Below, in pieces: positions 16,944 through 24,717 of a DNA stretch of 32,000 nt. The translations under genes and the position numbers were made by a program. The stretch covers positions 646,089 to 678,088 of the forward strand of contig CAWIEX010000012.1 of assembly GCA_963835295.1 (NCBI GenBank), written 5' to 3'. The notes beneath the pieces are model-generated. The model made no database searches. It saw only the letters and a program-made list of their open reading frames with translations, and was not told where the DNA came from. The first letter of the stretch is position 1; each line of letters opens with the position of its first letter. This DNA comes from an uncultured Actinomycetes bacterium (GTDB taxonomy: Bacteria; Actinomycetota; Thermoleophilia; Solirubrobacterales; Solirubrobacteraceae).

Positions 16944-17828
16944 GTGGGCTCGAGCGGCGGCTGGCATGCGCAGCAGCTCACCGATGCGCTGGCGGCGCGC
17001 GGGCACGAGCATCGCGTCCTGCCCGTGACGCGCATGATCGGGCGCATCGACGGCGACGTCGCCGTGCGCAGCCGCGACGTGGGGCTCGACGACTGCGACG
17101 CCGTGATCGTGCGCGGCATCCCGCGCGGGTCGCTGGAGCAGGTCATCTTCCGCGTGGACGCCCTGCACGCGCTCGAGGCGCGCGGCGTGACGTGCGTCAA
17201 CGGCCCGCGCGCGCTCGAGCGCACCATCGACAAGTTCCTCGCCTCGGCGCTGCTGGCGCGCGCGGGCGTGCCCACGCCGCGGACGGTGGCCTGCGAGCGC
17301 TCCGACGACGCGCTCGAGGCCTTCGAGGAGCTCGGCGGCGACGTCATCGTCAAGCCGCTGTTCGGCGCGATGGGCGCGGGTATGACGCGGGTGGACGACG
17401 CGGACGTCGCCTACCGCGTCTTCCACGCCCTGGAGCTCGAGCGCGCCGTCTACTACCTGCAGGAGACGCTCCCGCACGACGGCCGCGACCTGCGCGCGCT
17501 GGTCGTCGGCGGTCGCGTGCTGGCGGCGATTGAGCGGGTCGGCACGGGGTGGCGCGCCAACCTCGCGCGCGGCGCCCGAGCGCAGGCCACGCAGCTGAGC
17601 CCCGACCAGGAGCGCGTGTGCCTGGAGGCGGCGGCGGCCCTCGGCGTCGACTACGCGGGGGTCGACGTGCTGCGGGCCGCGGACGGGCGCGACTACGTGC
17701 TCGAGCTCAACGGCATCCCCGGCTGGCGCGGCCTGCAGGAGGCCACGGGCGCCGACGTGGCCGCGGCGCTCGTCGCGCACCTCGAGACCCTGGTCAGCGC
17801 AGCTCCGCCAGCTCGCGCGGGCCGATGA
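16944..17828 (+). CDS. RimK-family ATP-grasp ligase (MptN-like, tetrahydromethanopterin:glutamate ligase candidate)
   Basis: In the frame of track ORF 16242..17828. Matching segments are 'DKFLASALLARAGVPTPRT', 'VIVKPLFGAMGAGM', 'RALVVGGRVLAAIER...WRANLARGA' and 'GVDVL...YVLELNGIPGWRGLQEATG'. The first canonical start is GTG 16944. An in-frame CTG 16929 overlaps the mch stop (see finding). Confidence 0.8.
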   Translation: MGSSGGWHAQQLTDALAARGHEHRVLPVTRMIGRIDGDVAVRSRDVGLDDCDAVIVRGIPRGSLEQVIFRVDALHALEARGVTCVNGPRALERTIDKFLASALLARAGVPTPRTVACERSDDALEAFEELGGDVIVKPLFGAMGAGMTRVDDADVAYRVFHALELERAVYYLQETLPHDGRDLRALVVGGRVLAAIERVGTGWRANLARGARAQATQLSPDQERVCLEAAAALGVDYAGVDVLRAADGRDYVLELNGIPGWRGLQEATGADVAAALVAHLETLVSAAPPARAGR

Positions 17829-18570
17829 CGCCGCGGTGCAGCGCGGTGGCGACGAGCGCGCCGGCGGCCCCCGCGGCCTCGAGCGCGCGCAGGTCCTCGA
17901 CGTCGCGCACGCCGCCGCCGGCCAGCAGCTCGAGCCCGGGGAACGCGGCGTGGAGCTCGGCGATGAGCGCGACGTCCGGGCCAGCCCCGCTGCCGACGCG
18001 CGCGAGATCGAGGACGATCGCCTCGCGCAGGCCGGCGCGCTGCAGGCGCACGAGGGCGTCCGTCGCGGGCAGGCCCGCGAGCTGCGGGTCGGGCGACAGC
18101 ACGCGCCCGTCGCGCAGGTCGACGCTCAGGACCAGGGCGCCGTCGGGCAGCTCCGCGACCAGGCGGTCGAGGGCGGCGGGGCCACTCAGCGTCTCGGTCC
18201 CGACGATGACGCGATGCACGCCGAGGTCCAGCAGCGCCTGCGCCCGCGCGGGCTCGCTGACGCCGGCGTCGACCATGACGCGCGCCTCGCCCGCGAGCGC
18301 GCGCAGCAGGGCGCGGTGGTCGCCCGCCGCGTCGCCGATCGCGGCGCCGCCGCTCCCCGCTGCGTGCTCGCTTTCCCCGACGATCGCGTCGAGGTCCGCG
18401 ACGTAGATCTCCTCGAGCCCCAGCGCGTTGCGGAACCCGCGCGCGAGGGCCAGCGCGTCGCCGTCGTCGCCGCCGATGGCGCTGTGGACCGGGCGATAGC
18501 GTTCGCGCTCGCCGCGCACGGCGTGGACCGCCGTGGCGCCCTTGAGATCGATGACTCCGATGACACGCAT
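17794..18570 (-). CDS. HisA/HisF-family (beta/alpha)8-barrel protein, H4MPT-island type
   Basis: These are the last 258 codons of track ORF 17794..19053, from ATG 18570. Matching segments are 'MRVIGVIDLKGATAVHAVRG...YVADLDAI...VMVDAGV...VIVGTETL...AIVLDLARVGSGAGPD...LLAGGGVRDVEDL'. Confidence 0.75.
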   Translation of the reverse strand: MRVIGVIDLKGATAVHAVRGERERYRPVHSAIGGDDGDALALARGFRNALGLEEIYVADLDAIVGESEHAAGSGGAAIGDAAGDHRALLRALAGEARVMVDAGVSEPARAQALLDLGVHRVIVGTETLSGPAALDRLVAELPDGALVLSVDLRDGRVLSPDPQLAGLPATDALVRLQRAGLREAIVLDLARVGSGAGPDVALIAELHAAFPGLELLAGGGVRDVEDLRALEAAGAAGALVATALHRGVIGPRELAELR

Positions 18571-19601
18571 TCCCGCCACGGCGGCGGCCACGCTAGCAGT
18601 GGACATCGGCGGCGCGAACACCAAGGCCGCGTCGCTCGAAGGGGAGGCGCTGCGGACCGTCTCGCGCCCGTTCGAGGTCTGGCGCGACCGCGAGGCGCTC
18701 GCCGCGGTGCTGCGCGACGTGGCGGCCGAGGTGTCCGCGGGGCCGACCGACGGCGTGGCCATCACCATGACCGCCGAGCTCTCGGACGCGTTCCGGACCA
18801 AGCGCGAGGGGGTGGCGTTCGTCCTCGATGCGGCCGAGGAGGCGTTCGGCGACCGGCCGCTGAGCGTGCTGACGACGGGCGGCGAGCTCGTGTCCGTCGC
18901 GGCGGCGCGCGCGCGGCCGTGGGATGTCGCCGCCGCCAACTGGGTGGCGACGGCGCTCGCGGTGGCGCAGGCGCTCCCCGACGCGCTGCTCATCGACGTC
19001 GGCAGCACGACCGCCGACATCGTCCCGATCGCCGATGGGCGCGTCGCGGCCACCGGGCAGGACGACCTGCACCGGCTGCTGGCCGGGGAGCTCGTCTACA
19101 CCGGCGTGCTGCGCACCAACCTCGCGGCGATCGCGCCGCGCGTGCCGGTCCCCGGCGGGTGGTGCCCGGTGTCCTCGGAGTACTTCGCCATCAGCGCCGA
19201 CGTCCATCTCGTGCTCGGACACCTCGCGCCGGAGGCCTACGACTGCCCGACGCCCGACGGCCGCCCCGCCAGCGCCGCCTTCGCGCGCGAGCGCATCGCC
19301 CGGCTGGTGTGCTCTGACGTCGAGCAGCTCGAGGAGGCGACGATCGATGCCATCGCGGCCTTCCTGCACGCCGAGCAGCTGCGCCAGCTCGAGGAGGCGG
19401 CGCGCCGGGCCAGGCCCGCTGCCACCCGGCGCGCCCGTCGTCGCCGTCGGCTCGGGCGCCTTCCTCGGTCGCGAGGTGGCGGCGCGCCTTGGGCGGGCGG
19501 TCGCCGACGCCCCGGCGCCGTGGGGCGCGACCGGAGGCGAGGTCGCGCCCGCCGCCGCGCTGGCCGCGCTGCTGGCGGCGCGCCTGCGCGAGCCGTGCTG
19601 A
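18560..19601 (+). CDS. Hydantoinase/oxoprolinase-like H4MPT/methanofuran pathway protein (MfnF-like), with an apparent 1-nt frameshift near 19406-19430
   Basis: The N-terminal ~285 aa lie in the frame of ORF 18533..20245 ('LAVDIGGANTKAA...LIDVGSTTADIVPI...ELVYTGVLRTN'). The credible C-terminus 'GAPVVAVGSGAFLGREVAARLGRAV...AAALAALLAARL' lies in the frame of ORF 18924..19601. The span is 1042 nt, which is 3n+1. Confidence 0.7.
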
Positions 19602-20245
19602 CCGTCGTCAAGGTCGGCGGTGGGCTCGGCCGCGGGGCCGGCGACGAGGCGCTGCGCGCGCTGTGCCGCGCTCTCGGGGAGCTGGGGGAGCTCCACCCGC
19701 TGCTCGTCGTCCCCGGCGGCGCGTGGTTCGCCGACGCGGTCCGGGAAGCCGACAGCCGCTTCGTGCTGCCCGCGGCCACCTCGCACCACATGGCGGTCCT
19801 CGGGATGGAGCAGTTCGGCTGGCTGCTGAGCGAGCTGATCCCGGGCGCCGTGCGCTGCGCCGACCTCGCCTGCGCTCGCGAGCTCAGCGCCGGCCAGGTC
19901 GCCGTGCTGCTCCCCGCGGGGGTGCCCCTCGAGGCGCTGCCCGCATCGTGGGAGGTGACGTCGGACTCGATCGCAGCGTGGGTGGCCGGTGAGGTCGGCG
20001 CCGGGCGCCTCGTCCTGGTCAAGGAGGTCGAGGGACTGTTCGCGGACTGGCCCGCGCAGGGTGAGCCGATCGCTCGGATGACCGCCGCGGAGCTTGGCGC
20101 GCTGGCGCCCGCCGGCGTCGACGAGCACCTGCCCACGGTGCTCGCGGAGGCGAGCTTCGAGACCTGGGTGATCAGCGGTCGCGACCCCGAGCGCCTCGTC
20201 GAGCTGCTCGAACGCGGCGCGACGGTGGGCACCCGAATCGCCTGA
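19595..20245 (+). CDS. Amino-acid-kinase-fold protein (Asp/Glu/uridylate kinase family; MfnE-like)
   Basis: GTG 19595 overlaps the upstream stop (GTGCTGA). Matching segments are 'VLTVVKVGGGLGRGAG...LLVVPGGAWFADAVR...SHHMAVLGMEQFG...VTSDSIAAWVA...LVLVKEVEGLF'. Confidence 0.7.
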   Translation: MLTVVKVGGGLGRGAGDEALRALCRALGELGELHPLLVVPGGAWFADAVREADSRFVLPAATSHHMAVLGMEQFGWLLSELIPGAVRCADLACARELSAGQVAVLLPAGVPLEALPASWEVTSDSIAAWVAGEVGAGRLVLVKEVEGLFADWPAQGEPIARMTAAELGALAPAGVDEHLPTVLAEASFETWVISGRDPERLVELLERGATVGTRIA

Positions 20246-20267
20246 GCGCCCTTGCTACCGTGGCCCC

Positions 20268-21152
20268 ATGGACGCGCAGCAGCGCCAGGACCCCGGGCCT
20301 GCCACCCTGGCCGACCCCACGCTCCGGGAGTACAAGCTCGTCGGCGGGATGGAGACCTTCGCCAACCGCAGCTTCTGGCCGGGCTTCTTCTCCCGCGTCG
20401 CTGCCCGCAAGCAATGGGATGCGGCGGCGATCGACTTCGCACCCGACGTCCGCGCGTGGCAGGAGCTTCCCGACGATCGCCGCCAGCGCCTCACCACGAT
20501 TCTCGCCGGCTTCCGCGTGGCCGAGGACGCCGTCGCCGAGAATCTCACGCCGTTCGTCGTCGCGGCGAACAGGGAGACCCTGGCCTCCCAGGAGAGCCTG
20601 ATGGCCTGGACGTTCTCCCTGCAGCGCCGCGACGAAGCGCGCCACGCGCGCCTGTTCGACCGCATCGCGGGAGAGATACTCGGGCTGCCCGGCGAGACCC
20701 CCGACGAGCGCCGCGCGGCGGCCCGCGAGTATGCCCCGCCGGCGATCCTCGAGCTCTTCGAAGACCAGTTGCCCGCGTTGACCGCGGAGCTCACGGCGGG
20801 TGAAGCCGGGCTGGGCGAGGGCGTCAGCCTCTACCACATGCTGCTCGAGGGAGTCGTCTTCAACGCCGGCACCAACGCGCTGCTCGACGACCTGGCCGAC
20901 GGCGCGCTGCCCGGAGTGCGCGAGGGTGTGGAGCGCGTCGAGCGCGACGAGCGCTGGCACGTGGGCTTCGGCCTGCGCTGCCTGATCGAGACCCTGCCCT
21001 CTCAAGAGCGCATCGATGACCTGGTCGCGCGCGGCGGAGCGGCCGCCGCGGCCTGGGGTGACGCCGTCCCAGCCGCCATACGCGAGCGCAGCGCACGCAC
21101 GTGCGCACACCGGCTGCACGTCTCCGGGTTCACCGAGACGCGCGCGGCGTAG
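20268..21152 (+). CDS. Ferritin-like diiron/dimetal carboxylate protein, ribonucleotide reductase R2-like
   Basis: 294 aa. The R2 layout is 'FWPGFF...W..IDF..D...W..L', followed by 'AEDAVAENL', 'RRDEARHARLF', 'LLEGVVFNAG' and 'ERDERWHVGFG' (E, ExxH, E, ExxH). No R1 subunit lies nearby. Confidence 0.75.
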   Translation: MDAQQRQDPGPATLADPTLREYKLVGGMETFANRSFWPGFFSRVAARKQWDAAAIDFAPDVRAWQELPDDRRQRLTTILAGFRVAEDAVAENLTPFVVAANRETLASQESLMAWTFSLQRRDEARHARLFDRIAGEILGLPGETPDERRAAAREYAPPAILELFEDQLPALTAELTAGEAGLGEGVSLYHMLLEGVVFNAGTNALLDDLADGALPGVREGVERVERDERWHVGFGLRCLIETLPSQERIDDLVARGGAAAAAWGDAVPAAIRERSARTCAHRLHVSGFTETRAA

Positions 21153-21849
21153 CGGCGCACGCCGCGCGCAGGGCGCGGACTCGCGTGGGGTCGAGCGACC
21201 CCGTGCGGCGATCCTCTGCACAGGCGGCCGAGCGGACGCCGACGATGTCGGCGCCGGTCGCGCCCACGGCCGGCAGGTCGTCCGCGCGCAGCGCACCGGC
21301 CAGCGCGATCGCCAGCCCCAGCTCGTGGGCCTCAGCGACGAGCGCCGTGAGCGCGTCGGGCGCGAGCCAGTCGAGGAGGCCGCGGCCGTCCTTGACCGCC
21401 GTGTCGAGCAGGCACACGTCGACGCCGGCGGCGCGCGCAACGCGCGGCAGCAACTCGGGCGCCAGCGGCGCCGACGCTACGCGTCGGGCGTCCGCGTAGG
21501 CGCCCGCCACCACCACCGCGTCGGGCGCCGCCTCGCGCACCGCGCGCAGCAGCGCGACCGCCTCGGACTCGGTGGAGGCGCCCCAGAGCCCGACCTTCAC
21601 GAAGGCCGCGCCGCTGTGCGCGGCGCCGAGCGCGGCGAGCGCGGCGGTGCCGGGCAGGTTGGGCATGTCGCCGATCGCGGCGCTGACGGGCAGCGCGTCG
21701 GGAACGGCCGCGCGGATGGCGGCTATCACCGCCGGCGACGGCGCTCCCAGCGAGCCCTCGGCCGGGTTCTTGACGTCGACGATCTCGGCGCCGGCCGCCG
21801 CGGCCGCGCCCGCCTCGCCGGCGTCGACGACGCTCACGAGCAGCTTCAT
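21130..21849 (-). CDS. mfnB: (5-formylfuran-3-yl)methyl phosphate synthase (DUF556; methanofuran biosynthesis)
   Basis: Taken from ATG 21849 in track ORF 21130..22449. Matching segments are 'MKLLVSVVD...EIVDVKNPAEGSLGA...VSAAIGDMP...FVKVGLWG...LLDTAVKDGRGLLDW...ALAGAL...DIVGVRSAAC', collinear with my recollection of archaeal MfnB. Confidence 0.88.
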   Translation of the reverse strand: MKLLVSVVDAGEAGAAAAAGAEIVDVKNPAEGSLGAPSPAVIAAIRAAVPDALPVSAAIGDMPNLPGTAALAALGAAHSGAAFVKVGLWGASTESEAVALLRAVREAAPDAVVVAGAYADARRVASAPLAPELLPRVARAAGVDVCLLDTAVKDGRGLLDWLAPDALTALVAEAHELGLAIALAGALRADDLPAVGATGADIVGVRSAACAEDRRTGSLDPTRVRALRAACAATPRASR

Positions 21850-22783
21850 CAGCGCTCCACCAGCGCGCCGCGGTTGTCGAACGTCACGAGCTCCACGCTT
21901 GCATCGCCCGCGACCACGTCGTGCATGCGATGCGCGAGCTCGCGTCCGGCCGTCTCGCTGCCGACGACGCCGTAGACCGCGGGCCCCACGAGCTCTGGCC
22001 GGCGCCGGCCGCCCCGTGGCGCAGCAGCGCCTCGACGAGCGCGCCGGCGTGCGGATGGAAGCGCCCGCCCTGCACGGTGGCGAACGCGTCGCCGACGAGC
22101 TGCTGGACCCGCGTGAGGGCCGCCCCGAACTCCTCGACCTCGCCCTCGACCAGCGCCGGGAGCAGCGACGTGAGCACGAGCTGCGCGATCTCCGCCGATC
22201 GCTCGGGCGAGGGCACGAGCCGCCCGAACGCCTCCTCCTCGGCGACCCCGGACAAGCCGGCCTCGGCGCGCGGGATGACGAGCACGACGCGCCACTCCTC
22301 GGGCATCGGGTGGTGCGCCAACAGCGGCGCGGGGCGCTCGACCCCGCGCCGCACCCCGCCCTCGACGACGAGGCCCCCCAGCGCGAAGGTCCACGTCCCC
22401 ACCGCGGAGCGCGCCGCGCGGCCGACCGCCTCGGCCAGCTGCGGCGCATCGACCGTCCGCCCGTGCAACGCGGCCAGCGCCTGACCCACCGCCAGCGCGA
22501 GCTTCGTGCCCGAGCCCAGGCCGACGTGCGACGGGATCGCCTCGAGCACGCTCAGGCGCGCACCGCCCGCGAGCCCCAGCGCCTCCTGGCAGCGCCGCGC
22601 GAAGGTCAGCGCGCGCTCCGCTTCGGCCCCCTCGGCGGACAGCTCGTCGGCCGTCCGCGCCTCGACCACGACCGCGGGGCGGTCGACCGACACCCCGAGC
22701 CCGCCGAAGCGCCGCCCGCTGTCGCCGGCGACCGCGAGCATGCCCAGGTGCAGGCGCGCCGGCGCCTCAACCCGGACGGTCAA
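21849..22783 (-). CDS. mptG: Beta-ribofuranosylaminobenzene 5'-phosphate synthase (GHMP-kinase fold), with an apparent 1-nt frameshift at 21980-21987
   Basis: TTG 22783 overlaps the DUF447 stop (TTGA). Matching segments are 'TVRVEAPARLHLGM...IPSHVGLGSGTKLALAVG...GAGQSSWGP' in the frame of ORF 21884..23077. The family-like C-terminus 'AVYGVVGSETAGRELAHRM...VTFDNRGALVER*' is in the frame of ORF 21849..22394. The span is 935 nt, which is 3n-1. Confidence 0.8.
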
Positions 22784-23361
22784 GGGTCGCCGACCGCCGC
22801 TCGCAGGTGGCCCGCGACGTACTGCATCGCGTCGCGCTCGCGTGGCCCGGCCGTCTTGTCGACGAGCACCTGCAGCCGGTCCAGCTCGGCGCGGAGGTCC
22901 TCCGCCGCGAGCAGGCGGGCTCGCGAGGCGAGGATCGACGCCTCGAGGACCGCGTGGCGCGCACGATTGAAGCCGAGGAACTCGCGCCCGGTGCCACGGG
23001 CGACGACGACGGTGCTGACGCGGGCCCGCTCCGTGCTCTCGTCGATCGCCTCCACCCGGACCTCGCGCCAGGAGCACGCATCGTCGAGCACCGCGCCCTC
23101 GACGCTGGCCGCCGGACGCGTCGCCGGATGCGGGTCACCGAGCGCGGCCTGGCTGAAGAGCAGGATGTCGTCGGTCAGGTTCACCACCGCCGCCCCGGTC
23201 GCCCGCAGGTTGCGCAACGTCCGCGTCCCGGCGTAGGGCTTGATGACGATCCGCTCCTCGCCCCACTCGACGCCCATCGCGCCGCAGTTGACGCTGCCGT
23301 CGAGGTTGATCGTCGTCACCACGGTCTCGATGATCGGCCCAGCCGGGCGGGCGCCGTCCAT
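22780..23361 (-). CDS. DUF447-family split-barrel (flavin-binding-like) protein of H4MPT islands
   Basis: 193 aa. Matching segments are 'IIETVVTTINLDGSVNCGAMGVEW...IKPYAGTRTLRNL...AVVNLTDD'. ATG 23361 directly follows the GS-like stop (TAGATG). Confidence 0.7.
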   Translation of the reverse strand: MDGARPAGPIIETVVTTINLDGSVNCGAMGVEWGEERIVIKPYAGTRTLRNLRATGAAVVNLTDDILLFSQAALGDPHPATRPAASVEGAVLDDACSWREVRVEAIDESTERARVSTVVVARGTGREFLGFNRARHAVLEASILASRARLLAAEDLRAELDRLQVLVDKTAGPRERDAMQYVAGHLRAAVGDP

Positions 23362-24693
23362 CTAGAGCGCCTCCAGGTAGCGCGCGGTCTCCCAGTCGGT
23401 GACGGCGGCGGCCTGCGCCGCCAGCTCCCCGCGCCGCATCGCCACGCAATGCGCGACGACGTCGTCGCCGAGCCAGTCGCGGGCGAGCGCGCTGCGATCG
23501 AGCAGGTCGGTGGCCTCGGCCAGCGTCGGCGGGAGCGGCGGCGCCGTGCCGTTGGCCAGCGCATAGACGTCGCCGTCGACGGGCGCCGGCGGCTCGCAGG
23601 CGCGCCGCACGCCGTCCAGGCCGGCGGCCAGTGCCGCCGCGATGGCCAGGTACGGGTTGGCATCCGCGCCCGGCTGGCGGTGCTCCACGCGGGTGGCGCC
23701 GTCGCCGCGGCAGATCGCGCGCAGGCCGGCGGAGCGGTTGTCGAGGCTCCAGGTCGCGGTCGTGGCCGCCCACGAGTGCGCGGTGTAGCGGCGGTAGGAG
23801 TTCGGCGTGGGGGCGAAGATCGCGCTGAGCTCGGCCATGCCCGCCAGCAGGCCGCCGATGAAGTGGCGCATGGTCGGCGACAGGCCCTCGCCGTCGTCCA
23901 CACTGAGGTGCAGGTGGCACGAGCTGCCCGGCCAGTCCGAGCGCAGCTTGGCCATGAACGTCGCCAGCAGCCCCTGGCGCGCGGCGACCTCTTTGACCGC
24001 GCTCTTGAGCAGGAACGCCTCGTCTGCGGCCTGCAGGGCGGGCGCCGCGCGCAGGTTGATCTCGAACTGCCCCGGGCCCGCCTCGGGGTTGCACGCCTCG
24101 ACGGCCAGCCCGTAGCTCTGCAGCGTCTCGCGCACGCCTTCGACGAAGGGCTCGTGACGCGAGGCGGCCACGACGCCGTAGACGCTCGGCCGCTCGTCCA
24201 CCGCCACGAGCTGCGACGGGCGCTTGCCGAGCACCGATTGCGGCGTCTCGCGCAGCACATAGAACTCGAGCTCGACCCCGACGATCGGCTCGACGCCCAT
24301 GGACCGGGCGCGCGCGACGACCGAGCGCAGGACGGCTCGTGGCGACAGCGGGACGGCGCTGCCGTCGGGATCGACGAAGTCGCACAGCACGAGCGCCGTG
24401 CGATCGTGCCACGGGACGACCCGGGCGGTGTCGAGGTCGGGAATCGCGAGCATGTCGGGGTAGCCGGCGCGCGGGAACCAGCCGGCATGTCCCGGCGGGG
24501 GCTGGACCGGCTCGAGCTCGTCGACCGGCAACGCCCAGAGCACCTCGCACAGCGAGATGCCTCGCGTCGCCGCGCGATCCAGCTCGGCGATTGGCACGCG
24601 CTTGCCGCGCATGATCCCGTGCGTGTCGGCGCCTGCGAGGATCACCGTCTCGATGCCGCGGCGGCGCAACAGACGCAGGTGCTCCGGAGCCAA
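23362..24693 (-). CDS. Glutamine synthetase-family gamma-glutamyl ligase (GlnA-like, type I/III-like paralogue)
   Basis: These are the C-terminal 443 codons of track ORF 23362..25872, from TTG 24693. Matching segments are 'GVELEFYVL', 'NPEAGPGQFEINL', 'ATFMAKL...GSSCHLHLS', 'PTPNSYRRY', 'NRSAGLRA' and 'VEHRQPGADANPY'. The upstream part of the ORF is an antisense shadow of pabAB. Confidence 0.8.
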   Translation of the reverse strand: MAPEHLRLLRRRGIETVILAGADTHGIMRGKRVPIAELDRAATRGISLCEVLWALPVDELEPVQPPPGHAGWFPRAGYPDMLAIPDLDTARVVPWHDRTALVLCDFVDPDGSAVPLSPRAVLRSVVARARSMGVEPIVGVELEFYVLRETPQSVLGKRPSQLVAVDERPSVYGVVAASRHEPFVEGVRETLQSYGLAVEACNPEAGPGQFEINLRAAPALQAADEAFLLKSAVKEVAARQGLLATFMAKLRSDWPGSSCHLHLSVDDGEGLSPTMRHFIGGLLAGMAELSAIFAPTPNSYRRYTAHSWAATTATWSLDNRSAGLRAICRGDGATRVEHRQPGADANPYLAIAAALAAGLDGVRRACEPPAPVDGDVYALANGTAPPLPPTLAEATDLLDRSALARDWLGDDVVAHCVAMRRGELAAQAAAVTDWETARYLEAL

Positions 24694-24717
24694 CGTGGGC
24701 AGAGTGTAGATGCGGCC

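Noticed and set aside
18533-20245. A natural bifunctional hydantoinase-kinase fusion protein (570 aa)
   Set aside because: The linker is Arg-rich nonsense, while an alternative frame gives a family-like C-terminus and a stop at 19601, with a coupled GTG start for the kinase. A frameshift artefact or lesion is the more economical reading, and the fusion ORF is reported as a finding instead.
22807-24717. The N-terminal 637 aa of the 1327-aa ORF 22807..26790, which would make a giant PabAB
   Set aside because: This portion is antisense to the DUF447 and GS-like genes and has no protein-like composition. PabA homology starts exactly at ATG 24718 (MRTLLIDNYDSFTFN).
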